From an uncultured Verrucomicrobiae bacterium (GTDB taxonomy: Bacteria; Verrucomicrobiota; Verrucomicrobiia; Limisphaerales; UBA11358): a DNA stretch of 64,000 bases. Below, in pieces: positions 9,904 through 20,207 of the stretch (within the stretch, counting starts at the first letter, position 1; every line of letters begins with the position of its first letter). Below the pieces are notes generated by a model that saw nothing but the letters and a program-made list of their open reading frames with translations, ran no database searches and was not told the origin of the DNA. The stretch spans positions 15,479 through 79,478 of the forward strand of contig CAWAYP010000013.1 of the NCBI GenBank assembly GCA_963786375.1, given 5' to 3'. The position numbers and the translations under genes are program-made.

Positions 9904-10881
9904 ATGACCAAAGCCCTCAATCTCGACCTGAAAAAACTCCAGGCCCGCGCCTTTGACCGGGCGGAGTGGGCCGGGGAAGCACTCCAGCGTTACCATTCTG
10001 CCATCGGAAAGCTGGACGAGGCGGTGGTTAAACCACTGCGCGGGCTTTATAAATGGATGTTCGTCCCGACCACGCTCTGGCCGTTCAATGTCCAGGATGT
10101 GCTGGAAGATTGCCTGTCTGTTCTGGAAAAGGGGAAACACCTGAACGCCCGGCACCGGTTGCTCATAGACCTGCTGCCCGAACCGCCCGATGATGCCGTC
10201 TGCGCGGCGGTGGCCGACCACGAACTCCATGTTCAGAAAGGCACCTACGAAAACTTGGTCAAAACGCAGGCCAAGTATTCTCAAAATGAAATTGCCATAC
10301 GCAACGATCCACAACTTCGCCGCCAATGGGCGCGCCTCAAAGCGGCCTTTGATGTTAAAATCTACCGCGATCACAAGGGCGTAATCCGCCGCACCATGAC
10401 CGCCGAGCGCAATTTGCGTCCGTCATTTTCTGTCAACGTGCGCCGCCGCGAGGAAGTTTTTCACGCGGCGTTTGATGCGTTCTGCCTGCGGTGGAATCTC
10501 TATGGAATGCAGCACGACGAACCGCTTCTGCTCAAACTCGCCGTCAACCTCACGCCCTACGGGACGATGATTCACATTCCGGCCTATTGGTCATTCGACC
10601 CGAAACGCGACATCCGCTGGGATGCCATTGCCAGTCTCCATCGCGTTCGCGTCCCCGGACGCCAAGGTTCAGCCCTTGCCGAAGGACTGGTCGAAAGAAT
10701 GCAAGCGGCGGAGAAACTTCGCCAGCTAGACCGGGACGCCCTCCGCCTCGGCTTGAAAGGTGAAAAGAAGCACGAATTTCTGTGCGCTGGTCTTGGCTGG
10801 GTGCCGGGCACCAGCCCCAAACGCATCAGCCGGCTCCGGGCGGAATTCAAAAATAAGCCGCTGGTGGTGCCGGCAAAGTAA
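9904..10881 (+). CDS. hypothetical protein (325 aa, intact)
   Basis: ORF 9838..10881 trimmed to the internal ATG (MTKALNLDLKKLQ...). No motif recognised. Confidence 0.55.
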   Translation: MTKALNLDLKKLQARAFDRAEWAGEALQRYHSAIGKLDEAVVKPLRGLYKWMFVPTTLWPFNVQDVLEDCLSVLEKGKHLNARHRLLIDLLPEPPDDAVCAAVADHELHVQKGTYENLVKTQAKYSQNEIAIRNDPQLRRQWARLKAAFDVKIYRDHKGVIRRTMTAERNLRPSFSVNVRRREEVFHAAFDAFCLRWNLYGMQHDEPLLLKLAVNLTPYGTMIHIPAYWSFDPKRDIRWDAIASLHRVRVPGRQGSALAEGLVERMQAAEKLRQLDRDALRLGLKGEKKHEFLCAGLGWVPGTSPKRISRLRAEFKNKPLVVPAK

Positions 10882-10978
10882 TTTTTTCTCCGGTGCCATC
10901 GGACAGGGAGTGGGGACATTCTGTTCCTTTGAACGACAGTCGCGCGGGGTGCATCCTGTGACAACAAAAAATCGCAGT

Positions 10979-12153
10979 ATGACAAACGCACCTGAATCCT
11001 TAAAGACTGCCGCCGTTCAATCCGACCAGGTATCGGAGCCGGTAATCCCGGCACCGGGGAGTTCTGATTCTCCGACCAGGATGATTTGCGATCTCGCCGA
11101 AGCGAATGCCTTCGTTGAAGAATATCGCAAGCCGCATGTTCCGGTAATGTCGGCTTTTGGCGGTGGGCGTTTGCATGTGTGCAGATTTTACGGGTCATGG
11201 GATTTGGATCGGATGGTCACAGAGAATGCCGATGCCCTGTTCCGATCCATCCGCAAACTTTCTTCCAAAGACGCCAAGGACACTACGAAGGAATGGGACG
11301 ATCTCACCTTTCGGTTCGGCCCGCAGGCATTTCTTTATGCCGATAAGGACAGGATTATTGGTTTCGCTGCCACTCCGGTTGAAGCTGAACAACTGGTGAC
11401 AAAGTTTAGCCAGAAATACCGCAAGCCCATGCCCCCGACCTCGGATGGCGGGATTTTTTTTCTGATCCAGCAGGACGGGGACAATATCAAAACCAAAGAA
11501 GTCTCTTTATCTTCCGACACGGTTCTCAAACCCGAAGCCCTTAGCCCTCCATTACGGCAGCGGCAGCGGGGAATGGCATCAGAGTTTTGTCGAGAAACTT
11601 TGTGAAAGAACCAATGGCCTCTCGATTTTTGAGGGGCGACCGGGCACGGGCAAAACCTTTTATCTTCGTCACCTCATGGGTGAACTCAAGGAGTCGCATC
11701 GGTTCTACTTCATCCCGACCTCGACGATGGGCATTCTTTCACGGCCCGAATTTATCGGTTTCTGGACCGATCAGCGATGGCATCATTCCGACTAAAAGAT
11801 TTGTCGTCATCCTGGAGGATTCAGACGCGGCCCTGATGACTCGTGGTTCTGACAATCGCGAACAGGTCAGTGCCATCCTGAATCTGTCCGATGGAATGCT
11901 CGCCGATTTTCTGCGGCTGCAAATCATCTGCACGATCAATTGTTCCGCCGCCGACATTGACTCGGCACTGTTGCGCCCCGGTCGCTTGGTTTGCCATCGC
12001 GTCTTTGGCCGGCTCGACTATACCCAAGCCGCCCGCCTCGCCGAGAGTCTCGGCCGGAAATTGCCACAGGCCCGCGATTACTCGCTCGCTGAAGTGTTTG
12101 CCGGACATGACACGGATGAAATTACCCGTCCGCGCATGGGCTTTGCCCCATAG
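10979..12153 (+). pseudogene. AAA+ ATPase with an unknown N-terminal domain, two frameshifts
   Basis: Three frames read consecutively. MTNAPES...LKPEAL is in the frame of 10760..11605. HYGSGSGEWHQSFVEKLCERTNGLSIFEGRPGTGKTFYLRHLMGEL (Walker A) is in a frame absent from the track. ...KRFVVILEDSDAALM (Walker B) and DIDSALLRPGRL are in the frame of 11587..12153. Confidence 0.75.
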
Positions 12154-12168
12154 CCCGGCAATGAGGAC

Positions 12169-12285
12169 ATGAAAACTAAAAAATCAGGCATCGTCGAAGA
12201 GCTAAAAGAAAAACACAAAAAACGACTGGCTCGCGCCCAACAAGAATTGAAAAGAAGCATGGCAAAGCACGGGAAAACGCTTTGA
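12169..12285 (+). CDS. 38-aa Lys-rich hypothetical protein
   Basis: ATG preceded by GAGGAC. MKTKKSGIVEELKEKHKKRLARAQQELKRSMAKHGKTL. Too short for the ORF track. Confidence 0.3.
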   Translation: MKTKKSGIVEELKEKHKKRLARAQQELKRSMAKHGKTL

Positions 12286-12394
12286 TCATATTATTATACC
12301 TCGGATCATTTTGCTGTTCTAGAAATGGGCTTACCGGGTCGGCAAAGGATGGTATGGATTTCGTCTGGGCAACGTTCCGCGCGTCTGGACGGAC

Positions 12395-13199
12395 GTGCTG
12401 GACGAATTTCTATCCTGGCTGGAAACACAATGTCCGGATTTTGAAATTCATCAGATCAAAATGAAATTGGGCGGCTTAAGAATTTATCTGGGCACAAAGA
12501 CCGATTTTGTAATTCCTGATGAAAAAATCCGTTCTGAAATTTTCCAATTGCAAAACCTGTTGCGCTTGCCACCATGCCCCCAGCACCCATCCGCGCGGCT
12601 CGCAAAAAACGTCAGAAAATTCCCGCAAACCATGAATTTCACCAGCCTCGACTTTGAAACGGCCAATCCCTCGCGCGTGAGCATCTGCGCCGCCGGGCTG
12701 GCCGTCTTTGAGGATGGCAAACTGACGGAGTCTCCATATTGGCTGGTGCGGCCACCCAAAGGCCACGGCTGGTTTCACGAAGACTTCATTGAATGTCACG
12801 GCTTGACGCATCTGGATGTTCTGGATGCCCCGGAATTTCCCGCCATTGCGCCGGAATTTCTGGCCCGGCTGACCCGCGCCGACCTCGTGATTGCGCATAA
12901 CGCCGCCTTCGACATCGAACATCTGCGCGCCACCCTGGATCATTTCGGTCTGCCCCGACCGGAGTTTGATTATGTTTGCACCTGTCAACTCGCCCGGCGC
13001 GTCTGGCCGGAACTGCCAAACCACAGCTCTCAACACCTTGACGGCGCATATCGGCCACGAGTTTAACCACCACCACGCCCAAGCCGACGCCGAAGCCGCC
13101 GGACGCGTGCTGCTGGCGATGATGAAACAGGTGAACGCAACCACGCCGCGCGAGTTGTTGCAAAAGGCGGGCATGGAGCCGAGACGTTTTTGTCAGTAA
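12395..13199 (+). pseudogene. DEDDh (DnaQ-like) 3'-5' exonuclease preceded in-frame by a QIKxKxGGLRxY-motif segment; one frameshift
   Basis: ExoI LDFETAN, ExoII IAHNAAFDIEHL and ExoIII HHAQADAEAAGRV. ExoIII lies in the frame of ORF 12891..13199. The shift is near 13019-13037. The exonuclease proper could start at ATG 12632. Confidence 0.7.
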
Positions 13200-13304
13200 A
13201 ATGAAACAGCAGCAGCGACTTTGCCGCATTGCCCAAGAATTTGATCAGCCAGAAACACAAATCGCCGCGACGATGATTGCCATAAGCCAACCGGAGAGGT
13301 ATCA

Positions 13305-15707
13305 ATGCCGCCAGAAATGCCATCACAATCAACGCATGATGCGAAGTTTCTTTCGCTGAAAGAAATAGCGGCTTGGCAGTTGCCAGAAGTTGCACAGTTG
13401 ACGACTGGCACTATGGCGGCGTTGCCTTCTTTGCAGCGAGGCGCTGTATGGAGACCACACCAGGTGGAATGTCTCTGGGATTCGCTTGTTCGCGGCTTTC
13501 CGATTGGGGCTTTCTTGCTCGCACCATTTGAATGCGACCGTGGTAAACAGCCATTCAAGTTTCAACAAGAGCAATCTCCAGCGCCCGACCGGAATCCAGA
13601 GTTTCACCTGCTTGATGGCCAACAGCGGGCCAATGCCATAGCGTTGGGCTTCCTTAACCCTTGGAATCCCAAGCAATCTAAAACTCCCGCCGCGTTATGG
13701 GTGGATCTTTCACCGCCTCCAGAGGCCAGCGACGCGAAGGTTTCTCTTCCGTGTTCTCACCAAATCTCACCCGTGGGGTTACAGGCGTGATAATGCGGTA
13801 TATCGTATCCATAACAAGCATATGCACGACGCGATGGAGGCGTTTTGCTGCGCAAGTCCGAACTTGAGAGACAAGCGGCCGGCTCAGATTCCCTTGGGAT
13901 GTGCATGGCCCTATGACGCCGACGCCCCGATTCCGGTGGCGCTTCTGTTGGAGGCGGTTCAAGAGGTTGATCCCGTTACGGCTTTGCGTGGCAGATTGCA
14001 GCAGGTGCCCCTATGGAACACCGTGCTACCTGAACTGCGGGATTGGGATTGGGCAAGAAGAATTGCCACAGCACTGGATGGCAGTGACCCACGATTGGTC
14101 AAACATCTAAACGACCTCCTTCGCGGCTTGTCAGCATGCTTGCAGGAGAAGATCATACCCGCCTTGGTGCTGCGCCCTGATGCTGATCCAGAAGAGCCGG
14201 TAAAAGACGTGACCGTCAGAGACCCGGTGGAAACGCTCTTCATTCGGGTCAACACAAAAGGGACACCACTCGATGGCGAGGAGTTGATTTACTCGCTACT
14301 AAAATCGGCATGGAAAGATGCTCAAAAATGTGTCGAAGAATTGCAGTTCAAGATTATTCCGGCACCTCGATTGGTGCTGCTGGCCACACGATTGGTGCTG
14401 GCGTCTTCGCGTGACTATGAGGGGACGCTTCCGCCGACGCCTAATGTATCTGGCTTCCGCAAACTGCTCCGCGATGATAATCTTGAGGAACGGATGCAGC
14501 AATTCATCCGAGACAAGGGCCATCGGATTTTCAGAACAACTAAAATTTTGCTCGAAGACGGAGAATTCGGTTTGCCTGTTGTGCTTTCTTGTGGCATTGC
14601 GAGGTCTCGACCCGACGTTCTGTTTCTGCTGCTTCGATGGGTTGACCGGATGCTGACAGCAGGCAAAGATCCTTGTGCGATGGACAGCCGGGATAGGCGT
14701 CGAATCATCGGGATGGTTACGGCGTTCGCATGGTTCGCCGCCGATCCCGGACAGTGTGTTAGCCGACTTTGGAAACGTCTTCAGTCCTGTGCCATGGAAG
14801 AGTTGGAGGGTTTCTTCTCACATTCGACATTCATGCTGACGTTACGCCTTGGCTCTGACGACAGTGTTCCTATGTTACCCCTTGTTCCTCCTAAAGTTCT
14901 GGCCGATTTCATAACCGTGCGGGTGACCGATTTCCCGGATTTCGATGCGGGGGGCGAATGCTGGACTGCGTGGAATTGGGGCGAACAATCATGCCGATGC
15001 ACTGCCTGAAGATGTGATGGCATGGTATCGCCGCTCTTTTGAAGGCTTTTGGGAACGTCCTCCCCGAGAAGACGGAAGCAAGTTCGAGCTATCTTCTGCC
15101 AGTTCTCGAACATGGCGTGACCTTATCGGCAGGTTAGCGATTGGCGGCGGCGACAAGATTTATTGCTCTACGCCCAGCGTGGATTGATTCGGGTTCATTT
15201 TCAAGACTATGACCCCTCTTTGCCGGACCAAATGGAAGACATTAACTGCCCTTGGGACTACGATCATGTTCACGCTCAGAATTACGTAGCGGGCCGGCAT
15301 AATATACCGCAAATAATCAAGGATTGGCATGGCACAATCGGCAATTTTCAGAGCGTGGCCGTTCAACATCAACCGTTCGGACGGTGATGCGACTCCGCAG
15401 GACAAATTCGAATGTCAACGACCTGGAGCGCGAGCGGTATGGTCTATCCAGTCCAGAGCAGAAGCGGCACCTGAGTTTTATTGCCGACGATCACGACTGG
15501 ACATTGTGGCAGAAATCCACGCCATCGGGTTTCTTTGACCCGAAATACTTGAGCCGAGAAGAAAATGTAGCTTTTCGCCAATCGCTTATTCGCGCAGTGA
15601 CCACTAGGTTCATAGCCATATATGGTGAATGGTATGACAACGTAGGCATCGCTGATCTGCTGCCGGAAAACACAAACTCATCCTCCATACCAACTACTGC
15701 GACGTAA
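13305..15707 (+). pseudogene. GmrSD-like type IV restriction nuclease (DUF262 N-domain + DUF1524 His-Me C-domain), at least five frameshifts
   Basis: DUF262 motifs LPSLQRGAVWRPHQVECLWDSLVRGFPIGAF and HLLDGQQRANAI. The C-domain PWDYDHVHAQNYV and HGTIGNF / RAWPFNINRSDGD are spread over ORFs 13305, 13822, 14945, 15163, 15329 and 15324 in alternating frames. Confidence 0.8.
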
Positions 15708-16139
15708 GCTTTCGCATTACTGACAATAGCCAACATTCAACTATGAACTACTACTGTAAGCATTGCGGAACCTCAAATTCAAACCTGTCTTAGCCCAGGT
15801 AAAACGAATCGGAATGAATCGGCGCTTTGACTGGCCGGCTTTCCTGCGGGCACTCGGAAACCGGCCAGACAAATCGCCTCAAGTGAAACCTAGACGGTCA
15901 CGCACTCATCGGTCGTTCTAAAACCGCGCTCAACTCCGCCGTCGTCCGTTCATGCCACTTCCGACCTGCTCCGTTTCGCTGCCGGTTTCAGAACGCCCGT
16001 TCAGTGCGCCCATCATCATCCAATTTGATACGTTCAGCCGAACGCGATTCTGACGGCTTTCTGAAACTTGAAAGCCTTGATTTTTTCGAGACACCATCTC
16101 CTAACGAAATCGTTGGGGGAAAAAGTAGTCCGAAGCGAA

Positions 16140-16235
16140 GCGACAAAAGGCGACAACGAATTTGTCGCCAGTTGTCGCTTTCGCTCATCAGATAGTTGTC
16201 GCCTTTTGTCGCTCGAAATTGTCGCTTCTTGTCGC
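16140..16235. repeat. iteron array: TTGTCGC x6 direct (16162, 16172, 16196, 16206, 16219, 16229) plus GCGACAA x2 inverted (16140, 16150)
   Basis: Read directly from the sequence. Pairs are spaced 10 bp apart. GGCGACAA-cgaat-TTGTCGCC forms an 8-bp inverted repeat. The array lies 80 bp upstream of ORF 16316. Confidence 0.8.
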
Positions 16236-16315
16236 TTAGTCAGCGTCATTTCATCCCACTTTAACTTTCACCTGCTCTCTACACAAATTTTTCACCGATC
16301 GGGTTATTCTGTCCG

Positions 16316-16753
16316 GTGATGACTGAAACGGCACAACCAAAACGCGGCGGCAAAGCGTTCCGCAGCATCCTGGAACCGCACTTTGATTTCATCCGCCAGC
16401 AGCGCCAACGGCGCAAGACGTGGCAGGAAATCGCCGAATTGCTGCTCACCGAAAAGGGCATCCGCGTCACGCTCTATGCCCCGTATCGTTTTTACCGGCG
16501 CAAATTGAAACGCGCCACAAAACCGAATTGGGAAAATGCGGAAAATAATTCCGAATCCCAACCCGCCCGCCCCAACGTGGCGGCCAACCGGCCACAATCA
16601 CGCCTATCGCCGTTGCCGCGAAACCACCCCTTTCAATCACCCGAACCTCTCAAACATAACACCGACAAGAATTCACATGAACACCAACATCATCAAACGC
16701 ATCCACATCAATCCCCAATCCAAAGGCAGCCTCGGCAAAAGTTTCGAGGCTGA
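16316..16753 (+). CDS. small DNA-binding-like protein (HTH-like KTWQEIAELLLTEKGIRV), low-complexity tail
   Basis: 145-aa ORF immediately downstream of the iterons. The His/Gln/Pro-rich tail overlaps the next gene start by 77 nt, so the true 3' end is uncertain. Confidence 0.45.
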   Translation: MMTETAQPKRGGKAFRSILEPHFDFIRQQRQRRKTWQEIAELLLTEKGIRVTLYAPYRFYRRKLKRATKPNWENAENNSESQPARPNVAANRPQSRLSPLPRNHPFQSPEPLKHNTDKNSHEHQHHQTHPHQSPIQRQPRQKFRG

Positions 16754-17505
16754 ATTCCGCACCGCCTGGCTCGATTATCACGGCATCCATTGGAATGGCT
16801 CCGACCTCGATGACCGGCACCATTCTTTTGCCGACCGCCATCCCGAACAGGTGCAGTCCTACACACTCGGCAGTGACGATGAAAGCAAATCCACCTTGCT
16901 CGGATTGTTCCGCAACGTGTCGCGCAGCGACGCGCCGGTTCACGTCATTGATTGCCGGGCGCAGGCCGACGGCCTCATCGTGCAGGCACTGGACTCGTTG
17001 CAATTGCTCGAATCACTCGCCGCACAGGGCATCCGGTTCACATTTTTCCTGTTTCCCAGCGAGGACACCGAGAGCATGAATAATCTGCTCGACCTGTTTT
17101 TCTTCGCGGGCGACCGCGTGGATTACGTCATCGTCCACAATCCGGCCAAGGTGCAGAACGAACCTGTTCAAGAAATCCAACATCGAAGCCGAGTTGAAAA
17201 AGTTTGGAGCCAGGGAAATCACTTTGCCGATGGTGACTTCCATCACGTTGCTGGCCATCAAACGCGCCGAGGCCAAGGCCGGGCGCAAATTGAGCTTTGC
17301 GGAAGTGGCCACGCCCGGCGCACCGCATCTGGAATTGATGCTGGCCGGGGAAATGCAATGGGCGATGCAGCAGATGTTCCGGCAATACGACACGATTGCC
17401 GATTTGCTGGTGCCATCGGAACAGATGCCGGAGGTTGAACCGCAGACCGAACCGGCGGCGAAACCGGCTCGCTCCAAACAGCCCATGCTCAACTTGGGCG
17501 AATGA
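16677..17505 (+). pseudogene. ParA/MinD-like P-loop protein (deviant Walker A SKGSLGKS), one frameshift
   Basis: MNTNIIKRIHINPQSKGSLGKSFEAEF...VIVHNPAKV reads in one frame. LFKKSNIEAELKKFGAREITLPMVTSITLLAIKRAEA... reads in the frame of ORF 17194..17505. The shift is near 17155-17175. Confidence 0.55.
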
Positions 17506-17509
17506 CGTT

Positions 17510-18091
17510 ATGGATTTGGACAAAGATGATTTGGCGATGCTTTGCCGCGACATGACGAAGGAGGAAGTGGATCGGGTTCACCGATTGATACATGAATGGG
17601 GCATCGGGCCGGAGGACAGTTTCCCGGCGCAATTGTCATTGCTGACCCGCGCACAATTGCGGGCGGCAGCCAGTATCCCGCGCGCCATCGCCGACAGCCG
17701 GAAATGGCTGGAACAGCATCTGGCCGAATACCGGCGACAAACCGCCGCGCTCACCAACGATTTCGCGGGCATGGTGGACATAAAGCACGGCGAATTGAAG
17801 GACATCGTTCTCAAACACGCGGAAACCGTGAAACGCGATGCGTTGTTCGTCAGCAATCGGCTGGTGGATGCCAATGACGTTGCCAAAAGCATTCAGAAAA
17901 ACCTGCAAGCCGCCGCTGCCGAATGGAATCAATCCCAAGACGCTTTGGCACGGGAACGACAGCGATTTGAAAAAGTCTGCCAAAAATTGGACGATGCCAT
18001 CAATCTTCGCGGCGTCCACTGGTATATTGTGGGCACGTTGGCAGCCTGTGTCGTCGCCCTGCTGATCGGCCACTATGTATGGCATCACTGA
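17510..18091 (+). CDS. coiled-coil protein with C-terminal TM anchor
   Basis: The ATG at 17510 follows the upstream stop by 4 nt. Long helical region and a C-terminal VHWYIVGTLAACVVALLIGHYVW segment. Confidence 0.55.
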   Translation: MDLDKDDLAMLCRDMTKEEVDRVHRLIHEWGIGPEDSFPAQLSLLTRAQLRAAASIPRAIADSRKWLEQHLAEYRRQTAALTNDFAGMVDIKHGELKDIVLKHAETVKRDALFVSNRLVDANDVAKSIQKNLQAAAAEWNQSQDALARERQRFEKVCQKLDDAINLRGVHWYIVGTLAACVVALLIGHYVWHH

Positions 18092-18576
18092 AATCTGCCA
18101 TTGAATGCCGGCGAATCCATCATGTTGCGCGCGAATCCGGTTTCCATTGTATGTCGCCGGTCGTCGCGTCAAGGTCGTACTCGCCCTGTTGCCCTCTGCG
18201 TTCCACCTTGACCCGCCGCCCGGCTCCGGGGCTTTTGCGTTTAGGATTTCGCGCGGGGACGAATTGCTTCTGACAAAAATAAGCCAGCCCCACCGGATGT
18301 CTTAAAAGGGTAACAATATAAGCCGCAGAGTACGCTTGACATGGGCGTTGTGCTTTAACAGGATGAAACGCGATGAAACAAAAGGTCTTTCACACGATAT
18401 TCTAGGTGCTTGTGTACGCGAGCGCGAAGGCGCAATAAATTCCCACTTGACTGCCTTCTTGCGGAAGTCGCCGGAGCCAACGCCGGTTGGCGCTGTTAGT
18501 TCCGCTTCGCGGTCCACGGTTTTTGGTCCGGGATGGCTCTTTTTTCGTTAGACATACACTACATCAAGAAAAAAAA

Positions 18577-18930
18577 ATGAAAGCGCTATTAACACTCATT
18601 ATTGGATTCGTATCTGTTTCTGTGAGTTTAGCCGGCTCGACAGACCAAACAACATCGCCAGGGTTATTGCTCTCGCGCACTTACAGAGTCAGCGCCGATA
18701 CATTCGTGGCGCACTTGAAACATCTGCTGCCGCCAAAACCTGGCGAGACTGATACTGAGTTGTTGGTTCGTTTCTTCGATCTGAAGCATATCGAGATTAA
18801 GCCGCCGGAGAGCGTATTTTTGAACGAGCAGATGGGTATGCTATTTGCACGAGCCACAAAGTCAGATCAAGACAAGATTGAGAAGCTTATCAATAAAATT
18901 ATATTATTTAATGTTGTTCCTGTTAGTTGA
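18577..18930 (+). CDS. small secreted hypothetical protein
   Basis: Signal peptide MKALLTLIIGFVSVSVSLAGS. ORF 18487..18930 trimmed to the ATG that ends an A9 run. Confidence 0.5.
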   Translation: MKALLTLIIGFVSVSVSLAGSTDQTTSPGLLLSRTYRVSADTFVAHLKHLLPPKPGETDTELLVRFFDLKHIEIKPPESVFLNEQMGMLFARATKSDQDKIEKLINKIILFNVVPVS

Positions 18931-19352
18931 CATGTATGCCTCATTGAGAAACAACGTTGAAATGGAGAAGTGTTTATTTGCTGGGGATTTTCTATTTTCG
19001 GTTGCCGACGCGGACAACACAATAGGGCCTGGCGTGATTTTGCAATTTTTCACGAGGCCAACGCGGCATCAGAATGTTGACCCGGAGGCGGGCTGCGAAG
19101 TGAAAGTTGGCTCAAAGCCACAATCTCATGATCGGGGTCGTTCGCGCACAAGACGCGACGCCACCAGTGAATCGGTAGTCGGCCCCAGAACCAAGCTCTT
19201 AAGCGGGCTTCAATCAGCACCATTGGCAGGTCGATTTTAGCAAAAATCGTGAAAGGGTACAAACTAATGAACGCGAGCAATATTGTGAATTATTCTTGAC
19301 ATGTTCAGACGAAAAACTGATAATAGAGCTCTAACTTGGGTTTAGGTAGGTT

Positions 19353-20192
19353 ATGGCAATAATCATTTCGTTTCAAAACGAATTGTTTTATAGTGGGTTG
19401 GCCTGCGGGGATGTTTGCAACAGCGGGCGTGGAAGAGCTAATGCCACCTTTCACCATGGTTCTGGAAAACCTTTCTTCAAATCTCTGCAGTTCGCCTTCG
19501 GGTTCACTCTCATTGAGCTTTTGGTTGTCATCGCTATCATCGGTATTCTCGCGGCTCTGTTGCTGCCGGTTTTAAGTCACGGGAAAGGTAAGGCGGCGGA
19601 AGTGGTGGACATTAACAACATGAAACAATTGACGACGGCGGTCCACTTGTACGCGAATGATAATCGGGATTTAATGCCGTGGTCCAATTGGGCGTCTGGC
19701 GACGCGCCGGATCGTCCCGGCTGGCTTTATACCATGCCAGAAAGCGTAATGGCAGGATCGCCTGCTTTTCAGGTTCAAACCGGCTTGTTCTGGCCAATCC
19801 TGAGAAATCCCAAGCTTTATTTTTGTCCTTTGGATGGCCCGAACACCCCCCTTTTTTCTGCGCGGGCGCAGCAGATCTCCAGCTATGTTATGAACGGGGC
19901 GGTTAATGGATATAATCGGGAGGACACAGACAAAACATTATTGACCAAGCTTGGGGATATGCGACCAAGTGGTGTGGTATTCTGGGAGACAGACGAAAGG
20001 CATCCAGAGTTTTTCAATGATGGAGCCAGTTACCCTAGTGAAGGGGTGAGCCAACGTCATGATAAGGGGGCGATTTATGCTGCTTTTGATGGCTCATCTG
20101 GGTTTGTTAAGTTTACCGATTGGTATCAGCAGGCAAACAGCGCAAATAAGAACAAGCTGTGGTGCTATCCTGGAAGTCTCGACGGACATTAG
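19353..20192 (+). CDS. prepilin-type N-terminal cleavage/methylation protein with H-X9-DG motif (DUF1559-like)
   Basis: FTLIELLVVIAIIGILAALLLP and the C-terminal HDKGAIYAAFDGS. About 45 residues precede FTLIELL, so the real start is uncertain. Confidence 0.8.
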   Translation: MAIIISFQNELFYSGLACGDVCNSGRGRANATFHHGSGKPFFKSLQFAFGFTLIELLVVIAIIGILAALLLPVLSHGKGKAAEVVDINNMKQLTTAVHLYANDNRDLMPWSNWASGDAPDRPGWLYTMPESVMAGSPAFQVQTGLFWPILRNPKLYFCPLDGPNTPLFSARAQQISSYVMNGAVNGYNREDTDKTLLTKLGDMRPSGVVFWETDERHPEFFNDGASYPSEGVSQRHDKGAIYAAFDGSSGFVKFTDWYQQANSANKNKLWCYPGSLDGH

Positions 20193-20207
20193 AACATTTC
20201 AAAAACA

